Positions 41,718-51,089 of a DNA stretch of 64,000 nt are shown one piece after another. The translations under genes and the position numbers were made by a program. Every line of letters starts with the position of its first letter. Position 1 is the first letter of the stretch. The DNA is taken from NCBI GenBank assembly GCA_040877275.1, contig JBBDOA010000116.1:16695-80694 (forward strand), in the 5' to 3' direction. Under the pieces are notes generated by a model. That model saw only the letters and a program-made list of their open reading frames with translations, was not told the origin of the DNA and ran no database searches. The stretch is from Rhodospirillales bacterium. GTDB taxonomy: Bacteria; Pseudomonadota; Alphaproteobacteria; Rhodospirillales; Casp-alpha2.

Positions 41718-42677
41718 TTATTTGCATTCGTATTTGACGCCGTTGGCAGCATCAATCTTGCGAATGACTTCCCAATCCTTCTTGTGTGTGATCGGGATGA
41801 ACTTGCCTTCCTTCTTGAACTCTTTCTGCAGATCGGATCCTTCCCACGGGAATGTGAAGAAGGCTTCCTTAACCTTGGCGGCGACTGCAGGGTCGAGATT
41901 ATGGGCAAGGCCATAGCCGGTGGTCGGGAAGGTTTGCGATTTGTAGATCGAACGGATCGCATCCTTCTTGACGACGTCGCGGGTAAACATGCGGTTCATC
42001 ACCGAGTTGGCGACAGCGGCGGCGTCATAGTCCTTGTTGGCAACGCCCAGCACCGAGTTGTCGTGCTTGCCAGAGTAGGCAGATTTGTAATCCTTGTCGG
42101 CAACGAGACCGAATTCAGACTTGAGCAGTGCCGATGGTGCCTTGAAACCGGAGTTGGACGTCGGCGCGGTAAAGGCCAGCGTCCGGCCCTTCAGATCGGC
42201 CGGCGTTTTGATCGTGCTGTCGGCGGGCACGATGATTTCCATCTCGTAGCCGTACGAGCCGTCTTTTGCGGCCATCATGGTGAACGGAACGAAACCGGCG
42301 CAGGCGACCGCAATCGGGTTGGAGCCGGTGTTGAAGCCGGCAACGTGCAGACGGCCCGAGCGCATTGCCTCAAGCTGGGCGGCGTTCGACTGGACCGGGA
42401 AAAAGACCACTTTCTTGCCGGTTGTCTTTGCCATGTGCGCGATGAACCCATCCCAGACCTTGGCGTAAACGGCCGGGTCCTCGACCGGCGTGTAGGCAAA
42501 GATGATGGTGCCTGGATTGACGATCTTGCTCTTGTCAGTCGGCAGATCGGCCGTCAGATCGCCGTCGCGGTCGCAGTACTGTGCATCAAGGAAGCCGCGC
42601 GGGCAGTCTTCAGCCTGAGCGGCGCCGCCAAACAGCAGTAGGGCCGCAGCGAATGCGGCACCGAATAACTTTTTCAT
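41718..42677 (-). CDS. phnD: PhnD-type substrate-binding protein (SNSG/GKHD subfamily)
   Basis: Signal peptide, CDRDGDLTAD, TSNSG, SGKHD, FPT. Confidence 0.88.
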   Translation of the reverse strand: MKKLFGAAFAAALLLFGGAAQAEDCPRGFLDAQYCDRDGDLTADLPTDKSKIVNPGTIIFAYTPVEDPAVYAKVWDGFIAHMAKTTGKKVVFFPVQSNAAQLEAMRSGRLHVAGFNTGSNPIAVACAGFVPFTMMAAKDGSYGYEMEIIVPADSTIKTPADLKGRTLAFTAPTSNSGFKAPSALLKSEFGLVADKDYKSAYSGKHDNSVLGVANKDYDAAAVANSVMNRMFTRDVVKKDAIRSIYKSQTFPTTGYGLAHNLDPAVAAKVKEAFFTFPWEGSDLQKEFKKEGKFIPITHKKDWEVIRKIDAANGVKYECK

Positions 42678-42856
42678 ATAACCCTCCCAAATACGATGAT
42701 GTCCGTATAATTAGTTAATAATGACAACGGATCATATGGATCATGCAGACATTTTACTGATGAATCCAGTGGGTATTGTGTGACTCATTTAAGTACAGCT
42801 ATGAATGTATCCAATAACCTGAACGGGCCGGATGCGGTCAGGAGCAAAGACCGCAG

Positions 42857-43759
42857 ATGACAACTGAAATTGATGCCGCGTGGGTATTCAGGCGCTATCA
42901 GGAAATCCGCTCAAGACTGCCTGTTGCGACGTTTCCGGTCGCTTCGACCGGGTATCGGTCGCTGGCTGCCGTGACCGACGATTTCGATGTCTTTGTCTTT
43001 GACTCGTTTGGTGTTCTCAACGTCGGGGAAGCAGCTATCGGTGGCGCTGCGGCACGGATCAGTGCCTTGCGTGCCGCCGGTAAACGGGTGTTTGTGCTGA
43101 CCAATGCGGCCAGTCACCCGCTGGCACAGATCAGGAGAAAGTATCTGACTCTGGGCTTCAATTTTGATGATCGGGAAATCATTTCTTCCAGAGCCGTCCT
43201 TTATCAGGCCTTGCGAGCCTATGATGCGGGCATGCTCTGGGCCGTTGTCGCGCCTGAATCTGCCGGTATTGCGGAACTGCCGTGCCGGACGCAGCCGTTC
43301 GATGCTCCGGGGCTTGAAGAAGTCGATGGTTTTGTCCTGCTCAGCAGTTCGGGCTGGACCGCAGAACGTCAGACAGTCCTTGAACAGGCGCTGGCTTCAA
43401 ATCCGCGTCCGGTACTGGTCGGCAACCCGGATCTGGTGGCACCACGCGAACACGGGTTCAGCAGACAGGCAGGGTATTTTGCGCATAAACTTGCCGATGA
43501 ACTGGGCATACAACCGGCGTTTTTCGGCAAACCTTTCGACAATGCGTTTGCCTTGCTGCTGTCGGCGCTGCCGGAAAACATCGACCGCCGCCGGGTCCTG
43601 ATGATTGGTGACACCTTGCATACGGATATTCTGGGCGCTGCCGCAGCCAGTCTGTCGACGGCACTGGTTACGGCGGACGGCGTGCTCAGGGGGCTTGATG
43701 TCGAGCGTTGCATCGCTGAATCGGGGATCAGGCCGGATATTATTGTGCCGAGGGTTTAA
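42857..43759 (+). CDS. HAD-superfamily IIA hydrolase (NagD-like)
   Basis: FDSFGVL, LTNA, NPD, GKP, IGDTLHTDI. Confidence 0.88.
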   Translation: MTTEIDAAWVFRRYQEIRSRLPVATFPVASTGYRSLAAVTDDFDVFVFDSFGVLNVGEAAIGGAAARISALRAAGKRVFVLTNAASHPLAQIRRKYLTLGFNFDDREIISSRAVLYQALRAYDAGMLWAVVAPESAGIAELPCRTQPFDAPGLEEVDGFVLLSSSGWTAERQTVLEQALASNPRPVLVGNPDLVAPREHGFSRQAGYFAHKLADELGIQPAFFGKPFDNAFALLLSALPENIDRRRVLMIGDTLHTDILGAAAASLSTALVTADGVLRGLDVERCIAESGIRPDIIVPRV

Positions 43760-44759
43760 CAGCCGTTTCTGCGCGTTGTTTGTTGTGTATGGGATGTGTC
43801 GGCACCCGCCGGGTATCATGGCCGATGAACGCCAGCAGCAGTTGCATGCCGACGATGATGCCCAGGGCCGAAAGGACGGCTGTGCCGGCGGTCGCCGGAA
43901 TTCCGGTATCAATGCTTTGCCACCAGCGGAAAGCGCCGTAAAGACTGCCGAGCGACAGGATGAAAGTGCCGAGCAGCAGTTCCAGTGACGCGATGCCGAC
44001 TTCACGGATGAAGTAGGTGTCGACGATCCGCCGCCAGCTGTTTTTGAGATGCCCGGCAAGAAACAACCAGAAAATCCGATGGACAACCAGATGGCTGACT
44101 TCCTGGCCGTACCTGGCCCGCATTGATACGTCGCGGACCACGGCATTGATCTCATTCAGGCGAAACAGCATATCGGATTCAAAGAAGAAACCGGGCGCGA
44201 TATCATCCAAAGGCAATTCGCGGGCAACGGCGGCATGAATGGCGGTAAAGCCGTTCGTCGGGTCCATGATATTCCAGTATCCGCTCGACAGTTTCGACAG
44301 CAGGGTCAGCCCCATGTTTCCAAACAGCCGGATAACCGGCATGCCGCGCGAGGAATCGCGCCTGTGCAAGCGGTTGCCTTTGGTGTAATCGGCTTCGCCG
44401 TCGACAATCGGTAACACCAGATCGGGGATCAGGGACGGGTCCATCTGGCCGTCGCCGTCCACCTTGACGATGATTTCGGCACCGTCCTGCAAGGCCGCGC
44501 GGTAGCCGTTAAGAGTTGCGCCGCCGACACCCAGGTTATCCGGGTTGCGTAAAACCTGCACCCGTTTGTCGGTAACGCTGGCTTCCACGAAGTCACCGGT
44601 CTTGTCGGGGCAAGCGTCATCAATGACATAAATCGCCGAAATATCGGGGCCGATCTGACCCAGGACATCAAGAATATGATCCTTCTCCCGGTAACACGGG
44701 ATCACGACGGCGATCTTGCACGCTGATTTCCGGGGATTGCCTGCCTCAGTTCGGGCCAT
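43740..44759 (-). CDS. Glycosyltransferase family 2 (DPM-synthase-like)
   Basis: VVIPCY, IDDAC, NLGVG, DGDGQ, DPTNG; two C-terminal TM. Confidence 0.88.
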   Translation of the reverse strand: MARTEAGNPRKSACKIAVVIPCYREKDHILDVLGQIGPDISAIYVIDDACPDKTGDFVEASVTDKRVQVLRNPDNLGVGGATLNGYRAALQDGAEIIVKVDGDGQMDPSLIPDLVLPIVDGEADYTKGNRLHRRDSSRGMPVIRLFGNMGLTLLSKLSSGYWNIMDPTNGFTAIHAAVARELPLDDIAPGFFFESDMLFRLNEINAVVRDVSMRARYGQEVSHLVVHRIFWLFLAGHLKNSWRRIVDTYFIREVGIASLELLLGTFILSLGSLYGAFRWWQSIDTGIPATAGTAVLSALGIIVGMQLLLAFIGHDTRRVPTHPIHNKQRAETAVKPSAQ

Positions 44760-44941
44760 GTTTTTTCCTTACCGTCGGGCGCACATTAGATCACGCGGGA
44801 ATCACATCGCAAGCGTCACTATAGAATGATATCCGGCAATGAAATTGACGGGTTCGCAAATGAGATAAATTAGGTCTATGATAAGTCTTATTGAACCGGA
44901 CCCAAGTCCGGCAAGGGATAGTTTGTGCTTCGGGGGGTCTG

Positions 44942-45640
44942 ATGTCGAATAGTGAGGCATCTTCACTAAATGGTATTCGTGTGCTGGAAGGACTGGGCGC
45001 TGATATGCTCGGTTCCCTTGAAAAGGCATGCACATGGCGTCGGTATGTCGATCACGAACAGATTATCGACCGCCAGAGCGACTCGACGGATGTTTTCTTT
45101 GTCGTCGAAGGACGGGTTCGTATCGTCAACTATTCCCTGTCGGGTAAGGAAATAACGCTGGAAGATCTGGATGCCGGCAGCCATTTCGGTGAACTGTCGG
45201 CACTCGACGGGCAACCCCGTTCGGCCAGCGTGATGTCACTGGATCATTGTCTGATTGCAGCGCTCGCCCAGGAACGCTTCCTGAGCCTGCTGCGTGAAAA
45301 TGCCGATATTTCATTTCGGCTGTTGCGCGCCCTTGCCGGCATTATCCGCAATTCAACGGACCGGATCATGGATCTCAGCACACTGGCCGCCAACAACAGG
45401 GTCCAGGCGGATTTGCTGCGCCAGGCCCGTAGCGGTCTGATCGGCGAGAATCAGGCGGAAATCCGCCCTATTCCGGTGCATGGTGATATTGCCAGCCGGG
45501 TCTCGACAACACGCGAAACCGTGGCCCGGGTGCTCAGCGACCTGGCTCGCCAGAACATCGTTGAGCGTAAAAAGAATGCCCTTTTGATCAAGGATCTGGC
45601 GCAACTGCGAGAGATGGTCGAAGAGGTCAGGGGCGAATAA
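44942..45640 (+). CDS. Crp/Fnr-family transcriptional regulator
   Basis: FGELSALDGQPRSA cNMP pocket; TTRETVARVL HTH. Confidence 0.9.
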   Translation: MSNSEASSLNGIRVLEGLGADMLGSLEKACTWRRYVDHEQIIDRQSDSTDVFFVVEGRVRIVNYSLSGKEITLEDLDAGSHFGELSALDGQPRSASVMSLDHCLIAALAQERFLSLLRENADISFRLLRALAGIIRNSTDRIMDLSTLAANNRVQADLLRQARSGLIGENQAEIRPIPVHGDIASRVSTTRETVARVLSDLARQNIVERKKNALLIKDLAQLREMVEEVRGE

Positions 45641-45750
45641 TCCTGGTTATTTTACCATTCGTGAGCGTCATCACAGACTGTTAACCATATTTTTGCCATC
45701 TTCCTGTCTAATCTGGAAACAGATAAGCCGATAGTTCGGAGGATAGGATC

Positions 45751-45846
45751 ATGACGACCTGGAAGGCTTTCAGTCTGGCTCTGACGCTGACGATTGTGAC
45801 TGTCATTATGGCTTTTGAGTTGAATGGCGGCATGGCCCCGTTCTGA
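45751..45846 (+). CDS. Putative 31-aa single-pass membrane peptide (not in ORF track)
   Basis: GGAGG RBS; MTTWKAFSLALTLTIVTVIMAFELNGGMAPF. Confidence 0.55.
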   Translation: MTTWKAFSLALTLTIVTVIMAFELNGGMAPF

Positions 45847-45996
45847 TTTGACGGCCTACTGGATTAGGTCGATAGCCCGACGCAGCACCATTTGACTCAT
45901 ACAAGGTATTATACCATTCTCTGGCCGATTTTCAGGGGCTGGCCCTTTTCAATTATTACGGCCATAATGCCTTATGGTCTTGCAAGGATGCATCTG

Positions 45997-46362
45997 ATGG
46001 CGAGTAAAATCCTTATCGTTGAAGACAACGATCTCAACATGAAATTGTTCAACGATCTGCTGCAGGCGCATGGCTACGAGACCATACAGACAGTTGACGG
46101 GCGTGACGCGCTGAAACTGGCAAGGGAACATTCGCCCGATCTGATCCTTATGGATATTCAACTGCCGGAAATTTCCGGTCTTGAAGTCACCAAGATGCTC
46201 AAGGCCGACGACGACCTCAAGGGGATTCCGGTCATTGCCGTGACCGCGTTCGCCATGAAGGGTGACGAAGAGAAAATCCGTGAGGGCGGCTGTGAAGGGT
46301 ATATCGCCAAGCCGATATCCGTGCCGCATTTTCTGGAAACCGTGAAGAAATTCCTGAGCTGA
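45997..46362 (+). CDS. divK: Cell-cycle single-domain response regulator DivK
   Basis: [47 protein letters not shown]. Confidence 0.93.
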   Translation: MASKILIVEDNDLNMKLFNDLLQAHGYETIQTVDGRDALKLAREHSPDLILMDIQLPEISGLEVTKMLKADDDLKGIPVIAVTAFAMKGDEEKIREGGCEGYIAKPISVPHFLETVKKFLS

Positions 46363-46479
46363 GCGTCCCGCTCTCAATTTTCAGCCTGTAAACACAGCCT
46401 GTAAAAGCGAAAACGCGCCGCTTTTCAAGGGCGCGTCAGCACGTGTGTTTGGCGGTCTGTGCCGCCATGCATGGCGTGA

Positions 46480-46647
46480 TTACTTGATCTTTGCTTCCTT
46501 GAACATGACATGCTTGCGGACGACCGGATCATATTTCCGCATCTGGAATTTTTCAGTCGAATTTCTCGGGTTCTTCTTGGTGATGTAGAAGAAACCCGTA
46601 TCCGCCGTGCTCACAAGACGAATTTGTATGGTCGCCGGTTTCGCCAT
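46480..46647 (-). CDS. rpmG: 50S ribosomal protein L33 (missed by ORF track, 55 aa)
   Basis: [55 protein letters not shown]. Confidence 0.97.
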   Translation of the reverse strand: MAKPATIQIRLVSTADTGFFYITKKNPRNSTEKFQMRKYDPVVRKHVMFKEAKIK

Positions 46648-46775
46648 GTTTTTGATATCCCGTTCAAGTCTAAAACGCCAAGCGTTCCAAGAGGCGGCAA
46701 CATAACGCCAACGTCGGCCAAGTCAAGTCCTTTGCAGGGCTGGCGTGCCGGGTAAATTGACGGGCTGAAAGGGTT

Positions 46776-48392
46776 CTAGTTGATGGCCTGGGCCGTCGCC
46801 GTGCTCATCCTGAGCGCCCGCGCATGCAGGCGATCGTTGAGGATCAGGCGTTTGGCGATTTCCACGTCGATCGGCCCTTTGCGGGTTTCTGCCGGACAGC
46901 CGTCACGCATTTTCTGCCGTTCCTCATCATGCAAAAGGGCACGCCGTCGCCAGGAAACCGATTTCGCTGCCTGATTGCCCTGAAGCGCGGATTCAATGAT
47001 CTTGGCGACGTCTCCGGTTTCCGCCTGACCGCTGGTGCATATGGTGGGAACCACACCCAAACCGTGCAGATAATACCCGGATGGTGCGACGAATTTCGAC
47101 CAGGTCAGGGTAATTTCCCCGTCATTCGGCAAACGGATGACAGTCTGAACACTGCCCTTGCCATACGATGAAGTGCCGATAACCACGGCCCTGTCGCGGT
47201 CCTGCAGGGCTGCGGCCACGATTTCCGCAGCCGACGCCGACTTGCCGTCAATAAGGACCACTAGTGGTCGTCCGGCGGCAAAATCACGTCCACCGGCCTT
47301 GTAATGGTGCAGGCTGTCGGGATGCCGGCCCTGGGTAGAAAGGATGTCGCCTTGTGTCAGCAGCAGATCTGCAACCTGGACCGATTGCCGCAACAGGCCA
47401 CCCGGATTGCCACGCAGATCCATGATCAGGCCGGCCAGCGGCGTCGCATCCGGGGCCATTACCCGGTTGAGGACCATTTCCAGGGAATTTGCTGTTTCCT
47501 GATTAAAACTGGAAATCGTGATGATGCCGATGCCGTTTTCAACCCGCCATGCCACGGATTCCGGCACAATATGGGTCCGGGCCACAGTAATGGTGAAAGG
47601 CTGTACGGCTTCCGGGCGCGACAGGGTCAGGTTGAGCGGTGCATGAACCGGACCACGGATCATCTGTGTCACGGCCAGACTGCTCATGCCCTTGATCGGA
47701 TGGCCGTCGATCTTGACGATAAAATCACCCGGCCGAATGCCGCTTTCGAAAGCCGGTGTCGCAGGCAGGACCCTGGTGACGACGGCATAGTTGTCTTCCA
47801 TCCTGAAGCGGATGCCGATGCCGCCGAAGCCGTCCCTGATGGCGCGGTTTCGTGTTGCCTCCATCGTGCCGGCATAACGCGAGAAAATATCAAGATCGGA
47901 TAACGCCCCGTCAAAAAGGGCTTCGTAGATTTTTTCGGATGAGGCGGCTCTGATTTCAGTTGAGTTATGACGTGCCATTTCGGTCAGGGCGACCACAGCG
48001 GCAGCCCAGGCGCGGACATCGGCTTCCGGTGGGAATCGCAGGCGGCCGATTTCCTGAGTGTGTTCATACATGACGATTTCATTGGACTGCTCGGTCAGGC
48101 TGAGACCGGCATCAATCGTGCCCAGACCACGCAGCCCCTCGATGCTGATGCGGCGAAGTTGCACAGGCTCGATGTATTTATCGGTGATGTTGTCGAAACC
48201 GACGGCGATCACTTCGGCTGCGGCAGGCTGGGCAAAGCTGTCCTGAGCCTGCTGATCCTGGGTACCGGGAATCGCGCAAGCGCCAAGTACCAGCACGGCA
48301 AGCAGGCTCGTCGGTCGCAGCAGGAATAAGAATTTTCCAGACATTCTGATATTTAAAACCATCCAGGGGGATGTGTATATGTTCTCCGTCAC
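46776..48392 (-). CDS. S41 carboxy-terminal processing protease (PDZ), probable lipoprotein
   Basis: GGIGI, DLRGNPGG, SASAAE, YGKGSVQ; LGAC lipobox; start uncertain. Confidence 0.88.
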   Translation of the reverse strand: MTENIYTSPWMVLNIRMSGKFLFLLRPTSLLAVLVLGACAIPGTQDQQAQDSFAQPAAAEVIAVGFDNITDKYIEPVQLRRISIEGLRGLGTIDAGLSLTEQSNEIVMYEHTQEIGRLRFPPEADVRAWAAAVVALTEMARHNSTEIRAASSEKIYEALFDGALSDLDIFSRYAGTMEATRNRAIRDGFGGIGIRFRMEDNYAVVTRVLPATPAFESGIRPGDFIVKIDGHPIKGMSSLAVTQMIRGPVHAPLNLTLSRPEAVQPFTITVARTHIVPESVAWRVENGIGIITISSFNQETANSLEMVLNRVMAPDATPLAGLIMDLRGNPGGLLRQSVQVADLLLTQGDILSTQGRHPDSLHHYKAGGRDFAAGRPLVVLIDGKSASAAEIVAAALQDRDRAVVIGTSSYGKGSVQTVIRLPNDGEITLTWSKFVAPSGYYLHGLGVVPTICTSGQAETGDVAKIIESALQGNQAAKSVSWRRRALLHDEERQKMRDGCPAETRKGPIDVEIAKRLILNDRLHARALRMSTATAQAIN

Positions 48393-48406
48393 ATTGACGG
48401 AAGCCG

Positions 48407-50725
48407 TTAACGTTTAGGCCGGGCTTTTCTGGAGGGATTTGCGCTCTTTTTGCCGTCGCTGTCCAGCGTGTTTCGTTTCTGACGGCGCGATGCGCGGCTT
48501 TTCCCTTTGATTTTTTTAGGCGTTTTGCCTTTTTGCAGGGAATTGGCGGGACTGCGCCTTGTCTGCTGCTTGTTTTTGTTGGTGCTTGGTGCTGCGCCTC
48601 CCATCACCTCGAACAGCATGCCGCCGGTGATCGGTGTGACTTCACGCAGCACAACCTCGATTCGGTCGCCCAGACGGTAGATAATCCCGTTGTTGCGACC
48701 CTTCAGCAGGTGCCGTTCTTCGTCGTGAATATAATAATCGCTGGGCAGGGTCTTGATCGGGACCAGCCCGTCGGCACCGATGTCGTCGACGGAAATGAAC
48801 AATCCGAAGCGCGTGACACCGGAAATCCTGGCGCTGAAACCGGCGCCGACCCTGTCTTTCAGGAAATAGGCGCTGTATCGGTCCATGGCGCTGCGCTCGG
48901 CGGCCTGGGCGCGGCGTTCGGTGACAGACAGATGCTCACCGATTCTGACGAAATCACCGGAATCTTCGGGCAAGGCACCGGTGTTCGGCTTCATGCCCCG
49001 GATCAGAGCCCGATGCACCAGCAGATCGGCATAACGGCGGATCGGCGAGGTGAAGTGGCAATAGCGCTTCAGCGACAGGCCGAAGTGGCCGATATTGTTC
49101 GGATCGTACATGGCCTGCGCCTGGCTGCGCAGGACAATATCGTTGATCATCTGTGCGTGCGGCGTGCCGCGGGCTTTATCGAGTATCCAGTTGAAGCGGT
49201 GCGGCGTGACCGGCTGGCCCTTGTCGAAGCGAATCTGCACGCTGTCCAGTACCTCGGCCAGTGCCTCGATTTTCGACAGCGACGGCTGGTCATGGACCCG
49301 GTACATGCAGGGCCGGTTCTTTTCTTCCAGAAATTCTGCGGCAGCGACGTTGGCCAGCACCATGAATTCCTCGATCAGCTTGTGGCTGTCGAGGCGTTGG
49401 CGCGGCTCGATACCGGTAATCTCGCCTGCATCATCAAGGACGATCCTGCGTTCCGTCGCATCCAGTTCCAGCGCGCCGCGTTCTTCACGCGCTGTCACCA
49501 GAATGGCGAACGCGGCATATAGCGGGGCGATGACGCTGTTCAGCAGTGGCGCGGTCATCTCATCAGGTGCGCCGTCCTGTGCTGCCTGCAGTTGCTCATA
49601 GGTCAGCCGGGCGTGCGAGCGCATCAGGGCGCGCTTGAAGCGCTTGGCCAGCAGCGCGCCTGACTTGTTGATCTTCAAATGCGCGACCAGACACGGGCGT
49701 TCTTCATCGGGTTTCAGCGAGCACCAGCCGTTCGACAGCGGCTCGGGCAGCATCGGCACCACGCGGTCCGGGAAATAGACCGAGTTGCCGCGCTCGAACG
49801 CAGCCCTGTCCAGCGCGTCACCCGGTCTGACGTACCAGGCGACATCGGCGATGGCGACGATCAGCTTGAATCCGCCCGGGTTTTTCGGATCGTCATCGGG
49901 CTCGGCGAAGACCGCATCGTCAAAATCGCGGGCATCGGCGCCATCGATGGTGACCAGCGGGATATCCCTGAGGTCATCCCGCTCGCCCAGCGGTGCGGCC
50001 TTTGACTTGTCGGCCTGACGCAGGGCGTCTTCGGGAAAGGCCACGGGAATGCCCTGCTGGTGGATCGAAATCAGGCTGATCGCCTTGGCCCCGGTCTCAT
50101 CAGACAGTCGTTCGATGACGCGGGCGCGTTTCAGGCCCAGACGCGATGAATTGATGCCCTGGGCCAGAACCAGTTCACCGACCTCGGCACCTTTGTCGGC
50201 GCCGGGTGCAATAACCAGCTCAAAGCGTTCTTTCTTGTCGACCGGACGGATGCGGCGCTCGCCGTCAACCTCGATAACGATACCAAGAATGTCCGCCGGT
50301 GCGGCGGAGATGCGGCGGATGATCCGGGCGTTATAGCCGTCTTCTGTTTCGCTCAGGCGAGCCAGAACCCGCTCGCCGATACCGGGTGCGGAGCCTGCTT
50401 TGTCGTCCGGCTGCAGATAAATTTTCGGGGGAGTTGCCCGGCTTTCCCATTTGACCGGCTTGGCCAGAACTTCGCCGTCGAGATCGACGCCGGTGATTTC
50501 TAATACCGATACGTTCGGGAGTTGTTCGGGGTCGGCCAGTTTCCTGCCGCGTCCTGCGGTCAGGCTGCCTTCGTCTTTCATTTCCTTGAGTACTTTCTTG
50601 AGCCGGCGCTTCTGCTCGACATCGAGTTTGAACGCTCTGGCGATTTCACGTTTGCCGACATGCCCCTGAGCGTCGCGGATAAAATCGGCGATCTGCTGCT
50701 TGCTTGGGAAGGGAGCGTCGGTCAT
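48407..50725 (-). CDS. rnr: Ribonuclease R
   Basis: TIDGADARDFDDA, IEEFM, HFTSPIRRYADL, S1 domain, basic tail. Confidence 0.96.
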   Translation of the reverse strand: MTDAPFPSKQQIADFIRDAQGHVGKREIARAFKLDVEQKRRLKKVLKEMKDEGSLTAGRGRKLADPEQLPNVSVLEITGVDLDGEVLAKPVKWESRATPPKIYLQPDDKAGSAPGIGERVLARLSETEDGYNARIIRRISAAPADILGIVIEVDGERRIRPVDKKERFELVIAPGADKGAEVGELVLAQGINSSRLGLKRARVIERLSDETGAKAISLISIHQQGIPVAFPEDALRQADKSKAAPLGERDDLRDIPLVTIDGADARDFDDAVFAEPDDDPKNPGGFKLIVAIADVAWYVRPGDALDRAAFERGNSVYFPDRVVPMLPEPLSNGWCSLKPDEERPCLVAHLKINKSGALLAKRFKRALMRSHARLTYEQLQAAQDGAPDEMTAPLLNSVIAPLYAAFAILVTAREERGALELDATERRIVLDDAGEITGIEPRQRLDSHKLIEEFMVLANVAAAEFLEEKNRPCMYRVHDQPSLSKIEALAEVLDSVQIRFDKGQPVTPHRFNWILDKARGTPHAQMINDIVLRSQAQAMYDPNNIGHFGLSLKRYCHFTSPIRRYADLLVHRALIRGMKPNTGALPEDSGDFVRIGEHLSVTERRAQAAERSAMDRYSAYFLKDRVGAGFSARISGVTRFGLFISVDDIGADGLVPIKTLPSDYYIHDEERHLLKGRNNGIIYRLGDRIEVVLREVTPITGGMLFEVMGGAAPSTNKNKQQTRRSPANSLQKGKTPKKIKGKSRASRRQKRNTLDSDGKKSANPSRKARPKR

Positions 50726-50818
50726 CGCTCAAAAGTAAGCGTGTGCCGGCTTTGCCACAAGGGGGCCGTTGTATGGCGATTGAAACACCTCGTCATCAAC
50801 TCTGTTCATGGATGGCAC

Positions 50819-50919
50819 CGTCACCCCGGTGCAGACCGGGGTCCAGTGATGCACAGTCGTATCTCGCAGGGACAAGGCCGTGCCAGCCGCTCTGGATTCC
50901 GGCGTGCGCCGGAATGACG
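50819..50919. repeat. REP-like doublet (family A, short form)
   Basis: cgtcaccccggtgcagaccggggtccag...ctggattccggcgtgcgccggaatgacg. Confidence 0.8.
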
Positions 50920-50936
50920 AGCATTTACATATACTT

Positions 50937-51071
50937 CGTCATCCCGGGCGTTAGCCGAGCCCGGAACCATCAGGTTTCGGGAGCGAGGATTGCGATCCGG
51001 GACCCATGGTGGCAATGCGTCGGGTATTGAAATGGGTCCCGGTTCTCCGCTTCGCTGCGACCGGGATGACG
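50937..51071. repeat. REP-like composite element (family A, long form)
   Basis: cgtcatcccggg...gggacccat...atgggtcccgg...ccgggatgacg. Confidence 0.8.
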
Positions 51072-51089
51072 TCATTTAATAGCAGGGGG

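Noticed and set aside
42700-42850. Pho box upstream of the second phnD
   Set aside because: Only scattered half-sites without correct 11-bp spacing.
50819-51071. CRISPR array or small ORFs in the palindromic cluster
   Set aside because: Repeats are inverted and dispersed, not regularly spaced direct repeats; no cas genes; the ORFs are translations of the repeats.
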